From: an uncultured virus (IMG/VR IMGVR_UViG_3300032088_001800)
Lineage: Duplodnaviria > Heunggongvirae > Uroviricota > Caudoviricetes
Virus record (IMG/VR): IMGVR_UViG_3300032088_001800
Span: 1 to 64,000 of that record
Direction: 5' to 3' (one strand)
Length of the DNA: 64,000 nucleotides
In this document: positions 20,017 to 34,700 of the stretch, one piece after another
Position numbering within the stretch: the first letter of the stretch is position 1
Layout of the letters: every line of letters starts with the position of its first letter
The notes under the pieces: model-generated
Seen by the model: only the letters and a program-made list of their open reading frames with translations
Told to the model about the DNA's origin: nothing
Databases searched by the model: none
Translations under genes and position numbers: made by a program

Positions 20017-22092
20017 TTATCCAGTGTATATAATGTAATTGATTGCCAAATATGGATTCATTGTATCAATTGGTGTACCTAATGTACCTGTTGTTTTAAC
20101 GCCGCCACTTGACGGTAATGCTTGTCCTGCTAGTGTACCTGTAGGAGCATCATATTGAATAGCCTGGTCATCATCTGGTACACCTGCATTATCACGTACC
20201 GCATAATACTGCGCATTGTCTGCGCCGCGCATATCATGTTCGTGTTCTGGTAAGTTGTCAATACCTACTGTAATAGTTTCACTACCTGCTGAGTTACCAA
20301 TTGCTTGCGCACCTGTACCAGTAACTCTACCTGCTGACGGAACGTCTCCCATATTATCAAGTCCTAGTGGGAATCTACCTCTAAAGTCTGGCAATGCAAA
20401 AAGATTAACACCGCTATCTGATAATTGATCAGGATCTTTAAAGTTAAATCCTATTGACAGGAATAATTCACTAAATTCTGATTTTCTAATTTCTTGACCA
20501 TTACAAAATAACCATCCTGTCGGAAGTGCTGATCCACCAAACGGTACAATTGTACCTGCTGGAATAAGTGGAATAGTTTTTAAGAAATTTTGCTTACTAA
20601 TTCTATATAAGCCTTGTGCATCGCCGGATGTTTTGTTAATAAGAATTTCATCGCCGGGGTTTCCGTTTGCTAAACTTTCTTTATTACTAATAAACGAATT
20701 ACTAATTGAAGTTACAAACGTTTTTGTGCCTTCGCCAGTTTTGCCATCAAATGCAAAACTTGTAGCACTTACATCTCCAGACATTGCAAATTGTGTAGCA
20801 CTCGAAAGTCTATCTGCTGATCCTGCTTTACCTGATACTGTACCTGAAACATTACCTTGTAAATTACCAAAGAAATTGTTTGAATATATTTGATCATATC
20901 TATTTAGGTTATTACCTACATTGCGTGTTCCGTTACCGTCAGGTATAATGTTTCCTGTAGACAAAATTCCGCCAATATCAAGGTTTGCGCCTACATATGC
21001 ATTTAACGCAACTCCCAATCCGCCTTTTGTAATAATACTACCTGTACCAATACTTGAAGAATTAGTTGTACTTTCAACTTTTAACTTACCTGTATTTTCT
21101 GCATCGCCAGGAGTACTTGCAATTTGTATGTTTCCTCTAACATCTAATGCTTCGTCCGGCGCAGTATTATTAATGCCTACAAAACCGTCGCTGTCAATAC
21201 GCACTACAGTATTTGTTTCTGCGCCAGAACGCACTCTAATATCAATGTTTGATCCTGAAGTATTGTGCTGAATAATGCCAGCTTCGCCTTCAACTTGTAA
21301 ACTTAACTGTCCGCCTTCACCAATTTGTATACCTTGGTTACTTTTAATTCTCATCTGGCTATCTGTTGTACTCGGAGCATCACCTCTTAAGAAGTTGTTT
21401 GCACTAACTGTTTCAATACCGTTTGCTACTAAAGGACTGTTTGTTACTTTAAGAGCTGCTGCTTTTGACGACAGTCCTATAAATTGATAGTCATCTGTTT
21501 GATTTGGGTTTGCTAAGTTAATACCCTTTGATACACTATCAAAACCAAATATCTGTGTTTTTAAACTAAATGCAGAGTCGCTTATAATAGCAACTGTTGT
21601 ATCTCTAATATCAATTTTTAAGACTGTGTAGTCTATATTATCCTGACCTACTAGTGTTACAGGTGTTGCTCCTGTTACAAGACCATCAGAGTAACTTGGA
21701 CCAACTAATATCCAGTTAGAACCTGTATACAAGTATAGTTGTTGGTTATCAATATCAACCCAAAGGTCACCTGCATTTGAATTACTAGCAGCAGGTTCAG
21801 CTGCACTTTTCTTTAAGCCAGAAGCTGAAATCCATAATGTTCCGTCATAAATTTTTAGCTGATCAACACCTTCTGTTGTGTCATACCAAAGCTGTCCTTC
21901 TACTGGTCTATCAGGTGCTGTGTTATTTGCAAAATTTTCTAGTAATCTTAACAAATCTTCAGCAATTGCTGCGCCGTAGTTTGTTGTAAATCTTCCTGGC
22001 AGTTGTAAAGAAGTATCTTGGTTGATCGTGTTGTCTTCAACCGATATAACACCTTTGTTTGCTTCGTCTGTGTATCTTACTGTATATGCCAT
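20017..22092 (-). CDS. Tail fibre with tail-collar domain (T4 gp12-like C-terminus)
   Basis: PAGTIVPFGG..P.GWLFCNGQ....SEFSELF..IG...LPDFRGRFPLG collar motif; LPEHEH; NPYLAINYII. Confidence 0.85.
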   Translation of the reverse strand: MAYTVRYTDEANKGVISVEDNTINQDTSLQLPGRFTTNYGAAIAEDLLRLLENFANNTAPDRPVEGQLWYDTTEGVDQLKIYDGTLWISASGLKKSAAEPAASNSNAGDLWVDIDNQQLYLYTGSNWILVGPSYSDGLVTGATPVTLVGQDNIDYTVLKIDIRDTTVAIISDSAFSLKTQIFGFDSVSKGINLANPNQTDDYQFIGLSSKAAALKVTNSPLVANGIETVSANNFLRGDAPSTTDSQMRIKSNQGIQIGEGGQLSLQVEGEAGIIQHNTSGSNIDIRVRSGAETNTVVRIDSDGFVGINNTAPDEALDVRGNIQIASTPGDAENTGKLKVESTTNSSSIGTGSIITKGGLGVALNAYVGANLDIGGILSTGNIIPDGNGTRNVGNNLNRYDQIYSNNFFGNLQGNVSGTVSGKAGSADRLSSATQFAMSGDVSATSFAFDGKTGEGTKTFVTSISNSFISNKESLANGNPGDEILINKTSGDAQGLYRISKQNFLKTIPLIPAGTIVPFGGSALPTGWLFCNGQEIRKSEFSELFLSIGFNFKDPDQLSDSGVNLFALPDFRGRFPLGLDNMGDVPSAGRVTGTGAQAIGNSAGSETITVGIDNLPEHEHDMRGADNAQYYAVRDNAGVPDDDQAIQYDAPTGTLAGQALPSSGGVKTTGTLGTPIDTMNPYLAINYIIYTG

Positions 22093-22102
22093 TTAATGCT
22101 CC

Positions 22103-22708
22103 TTATACACCTGACAAGCTCTGAATTCTAACTGTATAATCAATTTGAATTAATCTGTTTAAAGATTTTTGTACTGGGTGGAAAATAACGTGTGTCAAAA
22201 GTCTACCCGAGCCACTAGTGTCATAACTACGTAATCCTAGTTCGTCAAATATATAATTGTTAGTTAAGTCATTAGCTGTATCAAATGCATCTTGTCCATT
22301 AGGCTCACCATAATCAAGTAAACAACTTACAATTACATCTGTATAATTTGTTCCGCTAACATGTCTTGTTTCTAATTTATTTCTAGCAGGGTCTGTATTG
22401 TTAACTGACCTATCGTCTACTACCTTTGTGTATGTTTGGTTATATAGACTTGCATTTGTGCCTGTACTATTTGGAGTCAAGTAAGTAATAATGCCTGTAG
22501 GATCTACACTAGTACCACCGTTACCAAAACTCATTTCATACACAAAACCTTCACCTGCATTAGTAATACTTTCAGCAAGTGCTATACTCATATTTTCGTA
22601 ATGAATAGCATTACGCTTGTCCACAATAACTTTGCCTGATTCTGGATCAGATATTTTAATGTGTCCCTGTAATAGTACACCGTTTTGTTCGTTTATATTA
22701 TCAGTCAT
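22103..22708 (-). CDS. Putative virion structural (baseplate) protein
   Basis: 201-aa ORF in the baseplate operon; FDELGL...LLTHVIFHPVQKS. Confidence 0.6.
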   Translation of the reverse strand: MTDNINEQNGVLLQGHIKISDPESGKVIVDKRNAIHYENMSIALAESITNAGEGFVYEMSFGNGGTSVDPTGIITYLTPNSTGTNASLYNQTYTKVVDDRSVNNTDPARNKLETRHVSGTNYTDVIVSCLLDYGEPNGQDAFDTANDLTNNYIFDELGLRSYDTSGSGRLLTHVIFHPVQKSLNRLIQIDYTVRIQSLSGV

Positions 22709-22728
22709 TTTTTTTGTTTCCTACAATG

Positions 22729-22734
22729 TATTTA
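22729..22734 (-). promoter_or_regulatory. Late-promoter core TAAATA overlapping the stop codon of the giant gene
   Basis: About 21 nt upstream of ATG 22708. Confidence 0.5.
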
Positions 22735-25700
22735 TTCAATAAAGTTTATGCTGCCACTACGCAAGAAATTAGCAATATTATTATCACTATTAGCTAGTGA
22801 TGTGTCTGGATCATTCCAAACTTTGCCTTGTTTTCTTATTATATGTACCTGTACGTTAGCAGGTGGAATATAATTTCCGTAAATTCCTGTGTCAGGATCG
22901 GCTATATTTAATGTTAGTATGTTTCCAACTACGCTAAATTCTGGCGGTAATATAATGTCGCCTTCGTTACTATCTAATGCAGTAGTTGGATTGAAAGATA
23001 ATTGAGATGTTTTTCTCAATCTACGTCCTTGATAAAATACTTCAAAAAATTCTACTGCACTAACTTCTAAGTCATGTGCTGCATTATACACTTGTACGCT
23101 GTTGTCTGGATCAAAGTCTAAATCAATAACTTTAGTTGACCCGTCAGTTGTATGTATTCTTGTAATAGTTTCATCTTTGTATGGTATTGACTTGTTTGGA
23201 CCTTGGTCATATACTGAAGTACCACTTGTAATTGATTCATTTACACTTGTACCTAATGTTCCTCTGCGCAATTGACGTAAGGTGTTATCTTCTTTAACAA
23301 GATATTCTATACGTTCTTTATTAATCCAAATTATGCCAGGTATATTTTTGCCTTTGTTTGGTTCAGGTAATGCGCTACCGTCAGCTACTTCAATCCTTAA
23401 ATCATAATAATTTAAGTTTTGTGTAAGTGTTGTAGTTGCTTGATCAATACGCTTAAAGTGTGTTCTGTTTAGCATGTCTTTAAACTGCCTATATGCAAAT
23501 CGTTCTGTAGCAATCGGAGCAGAGAAACTTAATACATCAATAACATCATCTGGGTTTAATTTTTGCTCTATTCTAACTTTTGTTCTGTCATCTGTAACAT
23601 GATAATCTAAACTAGGTATTAGCAATTCTCCGTTTACACTTATCCAAACATATTGTGCATCTATTACAGGTTTGCGTAATAGAATTTCACCTGTTGATAG
23701 TCTATGATATGTAGAATACTCTTTAGATCCTGCTGTAAGTAAACTTCTAGCAGCAACTTCATAATTTATACGCTCAGAATTTAGTATATCATGATTAGTA
23801 AATGTAATTAATTCTATACCAACATCATATCCTGGTGTATCTGCAAATGTAATAACATTGTTTGTTATTGTGTACTCACCGTCACCTACAATATAAACTT
23901 CTAGTATATCACCTGGTTTTCCAACTCCCGGTTGTAATTCAATAATACTGTTACTACTATCAAATACCCATTGATTAGGGAAAGTAATTGCTTTGCCGTT
24001 GATAAATGGTTTAACATTGTTTTCAACGTTCGAAATACTACCGCTCGGTTTTTGGAATAATTCTAATTGATATTGACGTTGTCTATCTTGTGGAATTGTA
24101 AATTCTGCATTATAACCCGGATTCAATACTTTATTGCCTACTTTTACAAGCATCTTGTATTCTAATGGTGTTTGATATAATGGTGTAGAAGGTAATGTAA
24201 ACGATACTGTGCTGCCATCACCTATTAGACTTGATCTTGCCATTTGACTTACATTAATAATAGTGTCATCTGCAAATATTACATAATCAATTAATGCACC
24301 TGTATCAGGTTCAGATTCAAAACGTATTACAGTGTTACCGCCAAAGTTTGGAAAACTGTCATCGGCTTCTATTAGAATTATATCTTGCTTTATGCCATTT
24401 ATTGTAACATATGCTGACATACTTTCTTGATACTTAACAGCAGTTAAATAATCAGCAGTGTCGCCTGTTGCAACAAAACGTCCTGTATCGAGTACATTTT
24501 GTTGTCCAGTTCCTACTGCAACAACACTTAATACTTGATTAACTGCTAAGTTTGCACTATCAAGTACTAATTTATTATTTGTCCAATCAATAGTATATTC
24601 ACTTGGGCTTAACAATGTATTATCAAGTTTTACAAGAATAGAATCAACACTTGCTGGAATAATCTTAAGATCAAACTCAGTATCGTTAGCACCCAACACA
24701 AATGTTTGTGCATATATCATGCCTTGACCGCCAGTTTCTCTTTCGTATACTTGTATGTCTAAACTATCAATTAACTGTCCTGGAACTAACTCTTCTGTAC
24801 CTTTTGATGTTGTTGGGGTAACAAATCCATCACCGTCTATAATAATTTCTTCTGCTGCAATACCTTTTGCAGTTGAATATGCTAAGTCGCCGCCGCTTAA
24901 TGCAGTGTCAAAGCTAAGATCATCTGGTTCAAAACTTCCGTCACTAGTTTCTTTTCTTATAATGATACTATCACCATCTTTTACAGTAATGCCTAGTTCA
25001 TCTAACTCAATTATATCAGTAGTACCATCGCCGATAAGTGTTTCTATCCATGGTCCGTCGTATGTTGTATCTGAACTATCAGGACTAGCACCATCTATTC
25101 TTGTATATTCTGTTTCGCCAAGAAGTCTTACATAAACATTGTAGTTAGTTGCTGCTTCTAATGGCTGTCCTAGCTTTATACTAATAGTAGATCCATCAAA
25201 TATAAACACTTCATCTTCAAATGTATTAATATATGAGTCCCAAGTTGTTGAGTACCAAGAATCACTATCCCATCCACTTGGACCAGTAAATTCAAAACTA
25301 CGTATCTGAACACCACCATAATCAATGCCGTCCATTAATTGGTTAAGTTCTTTACCTAACATTCCTGAAGTAGGATTATAGAAAAAGTTTACTCTATCTT
25401 GTGCATGTAACATGTCAACACTTTTTTCGTATTCGACAGTTATTACTGCTAAGTTACTAGGTGGTGTAGTGAAGTCAATTACGCCTTGTAATCTTGTATA
25501 CGACTTATCATTATTTTCTTTATTGTAATATGTATATTCACTTCTTAATGCTTCTTCACCATCTACGCTAATTTTAACTTTTGTAGAATCATTTGCAATT
25601 GGCCATTCTAAGTTATATAATGTCTTGAATCCTGTTCCAGTAAATGTTTCTGTAGTATCAAGATCCATTATATACATACTGCCTGACGTTCTGTCAAACT

Positions 25701-28700
25701 TAACTTTCATTAATGCAGTTCTAATTAAACTATTACCAATTATTACACTTGCACTAGCTTCAATACCGCCTGATGCTTGCGAACCTTGTATTGTAATAGT
25801 TGGAGCAGATATATAGCCACTTCCTGGATTAGTAACTTCAATTTTAGTAATTGCACCACGTCCGAGGTATGCTTGTGCTGTTGCACCAGAACCGCCTCCA
25901 CCTTCAATTATTATTTTAGGTGTAAATGTATACTTACTTCCTGGATTAGCAATTTCAATTGATGTAATTTCATATCCAACATTATCAGTAAAGTCCTTAC
26001 GAGGAAATTCGTTAATTTTAGTATCATTAGAAACTACAACATCATCAACTACCTTTATAATTGGAACTGTTATCTTTTTAGAAACAGTATCATAATATGC
26101 AGGAACATCAAAGTCACTAATTTTACTATTTGACTCGTCAATTGCTTCATAGTTACTTACAAATTCTCGTATAGATGTTTTAAATGGTTTTGCTTCTTCA
26201 ATATATGCTTCATAACTAGGTAATGTATCGTTATTAAATGTAATATCCTGCTGTAGAACTCCTAAGTTATGTTTTACTTTTACAAAACTTGTCTTAAATG
26301 CCCAGTCAACATATAGTTGCTCAGAAAATACATAACGTAAACTTGCAAACCATAAGTTGTTGTATTCAACTTCTAATTCATCAACAAATATATTATCTCT
26401 AATAGTGTTTAGAATAATTCTTAATTCTTGTACAGGCTGATTATCATAGAAATAACTGTCAAAACTTCTTACATCATAACCTAAACTATTGTTTAATAAA
26501 TCATAAAGTGAATTATCAAAGATAATAGTACCGCTTTGTCTACCAATTGTTTCATAATTTATTGTAAAGTCTTCTGTATCTTCGTTTGCAACTTTTCTAA
26601 GTAACAGCCAACCGCCTGTTCCTACAGAACTAATCTTAACAATATCGCCAATTCTGTTTTCCAAGCCGTAAAGTTCATATGTTCCTTGTAGACTATAATC
26701 AATATCAGTAAATTCATTATACCCGTTAGCATACCAATCTGCGTATGACCAAAATAAAGACGTATCAAATTCTTGTACACGTTTTCTAAACCATTCTTTA
26801 GAAGAATTATCCCAATCATATATTGCCCACTTGCCATATACAGTTGAATCTGTAATTACAAGTACCGATAATTTTCTAACAAGTAATCGTGTTGCATTAG
26901 TGTAATTTTCACCTTGATTGATAACTTCTACACTAGTAACTTGACCTAAATTATTAATAAACGTTTGTATTTCTGCACCAGTACCTTGTCCTACTATCTC
27001 TACAGTAGGACCTTTTCTAATAGTATCAGTCTCAGGATTAAAGTTAATATCTTTATATCCTCTTCCTGGCTCTGTAATTTCAACTGATCTAATTGCACCG
27101 TTTGAAATAACTGGTGTAAGCTGTGCTTGTACAATTTTACTTGTACCTATAAACCGCAATTCTTCAACTGTGTCAATTTCAAAGTCATATAAATTTGTAA
27201 ATTTGCTTGGTATTGACTGTGAAGATGTTAATGGTGATAAATCAAAATCATCAACAATTAGTTTTTCTGCTAATACTAAGTTTACTCTTTCAATAACTTG
27301 CTTTAGTGCTTCAGTTTTGTTTACAAACATACCTTGACGGGGACTAAATCTGTTACCATACTTTAATTTAACTGGTAAATTAGGATCTGGTACTTGACGC
27401 ATTTGAGCATCATAACCAACTAAGCTATCAAACCACTTTTGTTCAATTTCTGGATTTAGTTTGCTTGTTTCTAAACCGTCACTCATAATTTGATACTGTG
27501 TATGAACGTTTTGCTCTCTATCATTATTAGCAAGCCATCTAACATTTAGTACAATATCTTTATCATTTAATAAACTGTCACAGTTATGAACAATAAATCT
27601 GTCTTGTGCCAATAGTGCTACATGCTTATAACCATTTCCTGCAGGATTTTGTATTAAATTTCCTATATCTAGAACTGATAGCTTTCTATTCGTTGAATTT
27701 TTTGGGACATCTTTTTTACGTGTTACCCAAAAGTAGAACTTACTACCAAAAGTCTGTGTTGCTGAATCATAATTAACAACTTGTGTATACTGTGCATCCG
27801 AATAAACTGTTTGCCCTGTTATGCCTGCTTGATATCCGATCTCAGTTTCACTTAATTCGTCCCACTTAGCTGGTGAATAATCACTTTCTACCCATTCATG
27901 TACTGAAACCAAGTAGTCTGGCATCAATTTATTGAAGTTGTTTTTTTGGAATGTTATATCGCCTTGGTAAGCATTTACAAATTTACTTAAACTAATATCA
28001 TACCATACACTACCAACATAGTTTGCGCCCCATGGATCGCCTTCATCAAACATTCCTTCAAGTGGAGTAACATTATAACGTGCTGGATCGTAAGGTACTT
28101 TGTAATCAATTTCTTGTTCAGCAGGACCAGGCAGTTTGCCCTGTATAATGTCAACATAATCTAAATCTAGTACCTTTTGATTAGTACGTTTGTTGTATAG
28201 GAACATTCCTTCTATCAATTTGATATCAACTGCATCTACTGGACTACGTAATATGTTCCAAGCCGACTTGTCAAATGGTTTTCTATAGTCAATTATTTCG
28301 CCTTGGTAAGTATCTTTCTCTATTCTTGGCATACCAACATATGTATGGTTGTCATTTATAACAAGTACTTCACCAAATGCTTGTGTCTCGCCTGTGTAGT
28401 TAAATCTTTCTGCAAATACAAAACTATCATTTAAGTTTTCAAATACATATACAACTCCACTATTAACCAACACGTTATTAAACGTTGTAAATCCTGAATC
28501 ATATGTAGTTGTTGGTTCAGTATTACCTACTATCGTTCCATCAAATGTAGTCGGCGATGTAATGTCACCATTTTTGCTTGTAATTACAATTTCATTTTTA
28601 GAAAAGTCAATGTTAAATCCAAATAATTCTGACTGTTCGTTATTTGGACTTATCAGTGTTTGAGAAAGTTCAAACACACCTGCTGCATTTTCTTTGTATA

Positions 28701-31700
28701 CTAGTACTCGACCTTGATCAATATTAATACTATCATTATACGGTTCGCTTACTGCAAAGAATTTGCCGTCATCACTAACTGCAATATCATGATATATACC
28801 GTCTTTGGTTAATGTATCTTCAAGCAATTGCTTAAACATATATTTTGAGCCGTCTAATTTATAAATGCCAATTGTAGCAATAGTATCATCAACTGTAAAG
28901 TTAGTAATATAGATTCCTTCAGCATACTCGTCAAGTGCTAAGTATTCCCAAGTACTATCAGCTGTGTCGGCTGCTAGAGTTGCATCACGCACAGTTTCAT
29001 CATTAAACAATGTTGAACTAATTCTAAATGTTGTGTCGCTTAGAATACTATGAACATAATATGTTTGGTTTTCGGCTAGTGGTGACTGAGCAGCAGCATT
29101 AGATGAATCAAGTTCATTTGGTATTCTAACTCTAACCGGCATACCAATATAAAGCCATGCTGTTGAATCAATTGTAATAGTATCAGCATCAGTATCAATT
29201 GACTCTACTTTAGCTTCAACTGAATGTTCATTTAGTACTACTAATAGTTTTCCGTCTTTGCTTAGATCAAAACTCTTTGCAAATTGTGTTAATGGCCATT
29301 TAGATTCAAATAACATTTGTGATTCGTATAGTGTGTTATTAGTTTCTGTTGGTAAGTAACCTAAATAATCTTCGCCACTTGTAACTATTTCCCAATCGTT
29401 AGTGCTAAATGGCTGTGTGCCATCTACTTTAGTTTTTGCTTTATAAAGTTTTAGTGTACTATCGTCATCTGGATCAGCATATTTTACAAGTTCTCCTGGT
29501 GCATAATCTAGTACAGGATCGTTTTGGAACAATCCTCTATAATCATCGTCCTTGCCGTATCTCCAACTTATTCTATTCCAGTAAGTAGTATTTCCTATGT
29601 CAATTACAGGTTCAAGTTGAGGTACATCTCTTTTTGCTTCATAAAACTCTCCCTGATACTCAACTATTACACCTTGTTCAAATGTATTAAGAGGTCCCCA
29701 TTCGCCAAAATAGTTATCGGCTTTGTCAATAGGTACTCCGTGCTTAATAATTTCAAGTTGTCCGGTTCCTAATGTACTAGAAACAAGCAATGTATAATCT
29801 AAGCCTGATTGTACTAGTTTAAGTTTTGTACCGTACCCTCTATTATCACTAGCTCTTTCACTAACAAAACTATCTACGTATCTAAATCCTGAAGTGCCAT
29901 TAAATTTAAAGATACTTATTGTACCTTCATTGACATTCTGTACTTGACCAAATTCGTCAACTGGTATACTATAAACTTGTGTATAATCTCTATTAAATGC
30001 ATCTGGGTAGTTTGCAGGAACTTGTGCTCCTTGTTGAGCTACTGCATCATAGAACCAATATTCTTCGTCTACAATTTTGCTGTACTGCCAACTTGGATCT
30101 TCAGCAGCTGGTGGCAATGATACTAATGGTAAATTACCTTCAGCATTTTCAAAGACCATTAATCCGCCAATTTGATCAGTACCCATAGCAACATCTTGAA
30201 GCACACTATCAATTTTGCCCATTACTCTTCCAGGCTGTCCTGGGAATAACGTAGCATCAGGTTCTCTGCGAATTTCATATCTACCAATATTGTTTAACTG
30301 TGACCAGTCGCCTGATATATTTTTAAGATAAACTCTTACTTTATTAAAGTCTCTTTGATATAATACAACTTCAGCTCGGCTTGTGGTTCTAGTACTTAAA
30401 CTTAGGCCGCCAAAGCCGTCAAACGGTGTTTGTACATCTGTAATAATTGAGCCAACTAACGGTTCATATGGTAAATCGTTTTGGAATTCTGTAAATTCAA
30501 AATCAATAAATCCATCCCAAATATCTGTTATTGTATGTTTTTTATTTAATTGTTCAAAAGTAAAGCCTGCAGAAGCAACGTCAATAATATAGTTGTCAAG
30601 ATCATATAATTGTAATCTAACTTTAACATTGTTTCCTGTATTAGGATCTACTAATACATTTCCATTTATATCAGTAATTTTATTTTGATACTGTTTACTC
30701 ATTCTTACTACAAATTTATCTGTAGCAAATGTAGCAGGAGTAGCTAAGTTTCCATTATCACCTAAATATGTAAGGTTAATAATTTGTCCAGCTTGCTGCT
30801 GTTGACCTGTATAACTTCCTATACTACTAATTAAATTTTGTAAGTTAAAGTATTCAAAAATATTTCTATTATCACTTTGTCGCTTAACATCATTATATAT
30901 TAAACCTGTACCAGTTTCAATCCATGTAGAACCATTTTCATAAACTTTACTTACTGTTTTTTCAGCATCCGAATAAACATTAACTAACCAAAAACCAGAT
31001 AGTCCATCAATTACATTATCTGCAAGTATATTATATGTTCCCATTATGTCGGCATCATTTACATATAAATCACCAAATGCATCAAACACACCGTTGACAT
31101 TAATTAGGTACATTACAACACTATCATCTTGTGTTTCAATGTAATAAACTTCGCCGCTGCCTGTTGGAGTAGTAACTGAATTTCCTATCTGTGGTAATAT
31201 CGTAAACGTATCAACGTATATTACTAAGTCAACTTTTTGTACAATAGTATGAGTATCAGTAATATCTTCGTATGTAAGTGTTCCGCTATCACCGTCCCAA
31301 GGTAATGTTAAATCTAAAGTAGGATTACTTCTAGAAAATCTGTTCCAAGTAAGACCTACACTGTCGCCCGGCTCTGTTGCAAGATATGCTGTCTTCGGAG
31401 CTCTAATTAAGAAGTGATCAGTTGGTTTATCAGTAAGACCAGGATTACCAGTAAGTAGTAAACTGATTAAACTACTATCAGCATCATCTTGACCTGCAAT
31501 ATCTGTATAACTGTTAAATGTATTAAATTCAACACTAGGTTGTTGAGGTATAATAGTTCTATTGGCTTTGTATAATCCTTCTCTAAACGAAATTACATCA
31601 TTTTTACTATATTCTTGTGTTGGTACAAAATCACCTTGAAATCTTGTTCTTATTTCTGCTGCGTCTGGAGTACCTACTGCTAAGAAATTGCCGTCTGGTG

Positions 31701-34700
31701 AAATTGCTATATCACTACCAAAGTTAATATCACGCTGTGTTACAACAAAACTATCAAAAATACCATTATTACCTAATAATGTTTCGATTGTTCCGTTGAC
31801 TGAAATCAAGTCAGCACCTTCTACATTTAGCTGTCCTCGGACATTTTCTAAATAAACTGTGTTACCAGATGTTGTTTGTGATATAGTAGCTGTGCAATTT
31901 CCTTGTTTAAATTTGTGTCCTGCAACTACATTTACTGACTGTGATAATGTAAGCACTGCATCGTTGACTCTAATATTATCTGGTGGTAAAATAGTCTGTG
32001 TTAATACTAAGTTATTAGTTTCTACTGATCTTCTATAGTAATGAACTTTGCCATCATTATCATCAGATGCAGATACCATTAAGTTTCTATTGTCGTCACT
32101 AACTGAAAGAGCTACACCGTATTTTTGAAAGTTATCTGTAGGAGTTGCAGGATTAAAAATAACCTGTTGTTCTACATAATTCTCAGTATTTTGAATTACA
32201 CTCCAACTCTTATCTAATTTGTCAATCCAAACTTTTTGGTTTTCATCTTTATAACTTTCGATAAGAGTATTCAATTCATTTATATCTTTTACTCGTACGC
32301 TTCTAAATCTAGCAACTAGATAGTTTACATTTTCTATTGCTGATACCACAACGCCTTCTGGTACTTGTAGTACCATTGTGTCTACACTTACTTCTGAAAC
32401 ATACAAAAAGTTTAGAAGATTTGATGATGCTGCGCCATATATACCAACTACATCACCTTTCTTTATATCGCCGCCTACAAATTTTGTAGTATTAACTCTA
32501 ATAAAAGGAGTTATAGATCCAGCAATTTCGTCAGCACCTTCGTCTTCTGGTGTTATGCTATTAACGTTGTAAGGTGTATCAACTAACTGGTACACATTCC
32601 AATCTTTATCAAAACTAATATTATCATCAGTTACCCAAACATAATCGCCAACAGTAATTTGCGGAGTTTGAATTTTAAGTAGATCGTCTTTGGTCCTAAC
32701 TCTAAACTTTATATCTTCAGTTCTAACATAACCAGCTGACTGAATATATTCTTTTACATCATCAATTTTAGGAAATACTTTTGATTGATATTCAGAATCT
32801 CTTGAATATACTTCGTATGGCTGTATTTCAATTGCTGTGTCAGATCTTGTAGGATTCTTAATATCTACTAGTTCAATTGGTTGAGGAGTAATTCTAAATT
32901 TAGATTCGTCTAAAATAAAGTCTACATCTTTATACTTAGAAGTAGCACCATATTGTCCTAATTGCACAGCCCATTCTTCAAAGAACTCTAAACTATCTTT
33001 TTCAGCATAATTTAAAGCGTCAAATAATTTACTAAGTGCATTAACAGTACCCTTATCCTGTATCATACCTTGATAGAATTTGTATTGACTTACGTCATCA
33101 TTTATAATATTAGCAAGATAATTTCTTGGTTGATAACCTATAAGATGTTGTGCGAGTTTTTGTTGCTCAATATCAAAGTTGTCACTATCGAGATCATAAA
33201 AGTCTGCAAATTGATTAATTTTATAATCAAAGTTTACCATTAATTGGGACTCTGGCTTTTCTGCAAGTTTTTGCCAACTAGATGTTTGAAAGAACTGACT
33301 TCCTGGAGTGTTTAATAATGCTACATAATAAAACTCTTTATATTTTACAACATCGCCAATTATATAATCTTTATAACTATCCCATACTGTGATATTTGTG
33401 TCATCGTAAATAAACCCTGGCACATCCATTCCGCCAGTCCATTCGTCACTTCTGTATCCTATAACTTTAATACGTTCTTGCCTATATCCAGTTGCTGGAT
33501 GAAAGATTGTATCTCCAAACTGTGTTGTGTTATCTAGCAAGCATACATGCTCTTTTTGTACTAATGGTAGTTGTGCTTGATATATACCTTGATCAGTATT
33601 CTTAAGAATCATTCCAAAACTATTTTGTTGTCTAATAGTATGATCAAACTCTTTCTTAATTTGGCGTGCATCAGCATCTAATATACTGTAAGGATAAAAG
33701 TTATCAAATATATTATCTATTACTGCGTAGTCTTTCTTAAACTGTAATACATTTGCTGCTGGACTTAAACTAATTGCTGTGCCTGCTGCCCAGTTTTGTG
33801 TTGTCCAGAATAAAAATTCTTTACATGTGTATGTCCAGTCATCAATATCATCTGTATTGGCATTAAAGGTGTCAAAAACAAATCCTTGATCTTCTAAGTA
33901 TTTTCCGTACCCTAGAAGAAAATCTACAACCTCTTGACTTGTTCTAAATTGCGTTCCGTAATTTAATCTTTTTATTTTTTTACTAAATGTTTTTCTAATA
34001 ATTGCACGTTTGCCGCCTTCAACTGGAACTTCTGGCATTGAAACTAAATTATCAGTTGTAAATACTGTTGTGCTTTCAAATGCTGTTGTTGCTCTATAAT
34101 AACGGCCTGCATTTTCTATAACAGCACCTTCTGAAAATCTTCTATTCGGTGTCCAAGATTCAAAAGTTTCACTGATGCCGCCGACAGTAATTGTTCTATC
34201 TACTGTAGACTCAATATGAGGGTGATATGAAAAGTAAGGAGTATCAAATGCATATCCTCTTATAATAAATCCGCTGGATTGTTTTTCGACTGTTACACCA
34301 CTGTATATTTGGTTTTCTAAAGGTGAACTTGTATTAAATATTATTTGGTAATTTTCTTCTGGAACAAAAACATTGCCTTGATTATACGGTGTTCGTGAAT
34401 CCAATACTAACTTAAATTTAGACTTGTCAGTAAATCCACCAATCTTAAATCCAAGTTGATTTGTTAGCGTTGTTAATTCATCTTTATATTCTTGATATAT
34501 TGAACTTACGTTAGCACTTATATAATTGTATAGATAATTAATCAATCCGCTTGTTATAACTCTTTCAGTACCATTATAAGAGTTAGGAAATTGTATGTCT
34601 GCTAATGTAATAAATTTACCTGTAGTAGAATAAACATGTTGTCCTGCAAGGTTTGGGGTAATTCTAGAAAGATCAAAACATCTACCAAACATTTCGTTAG

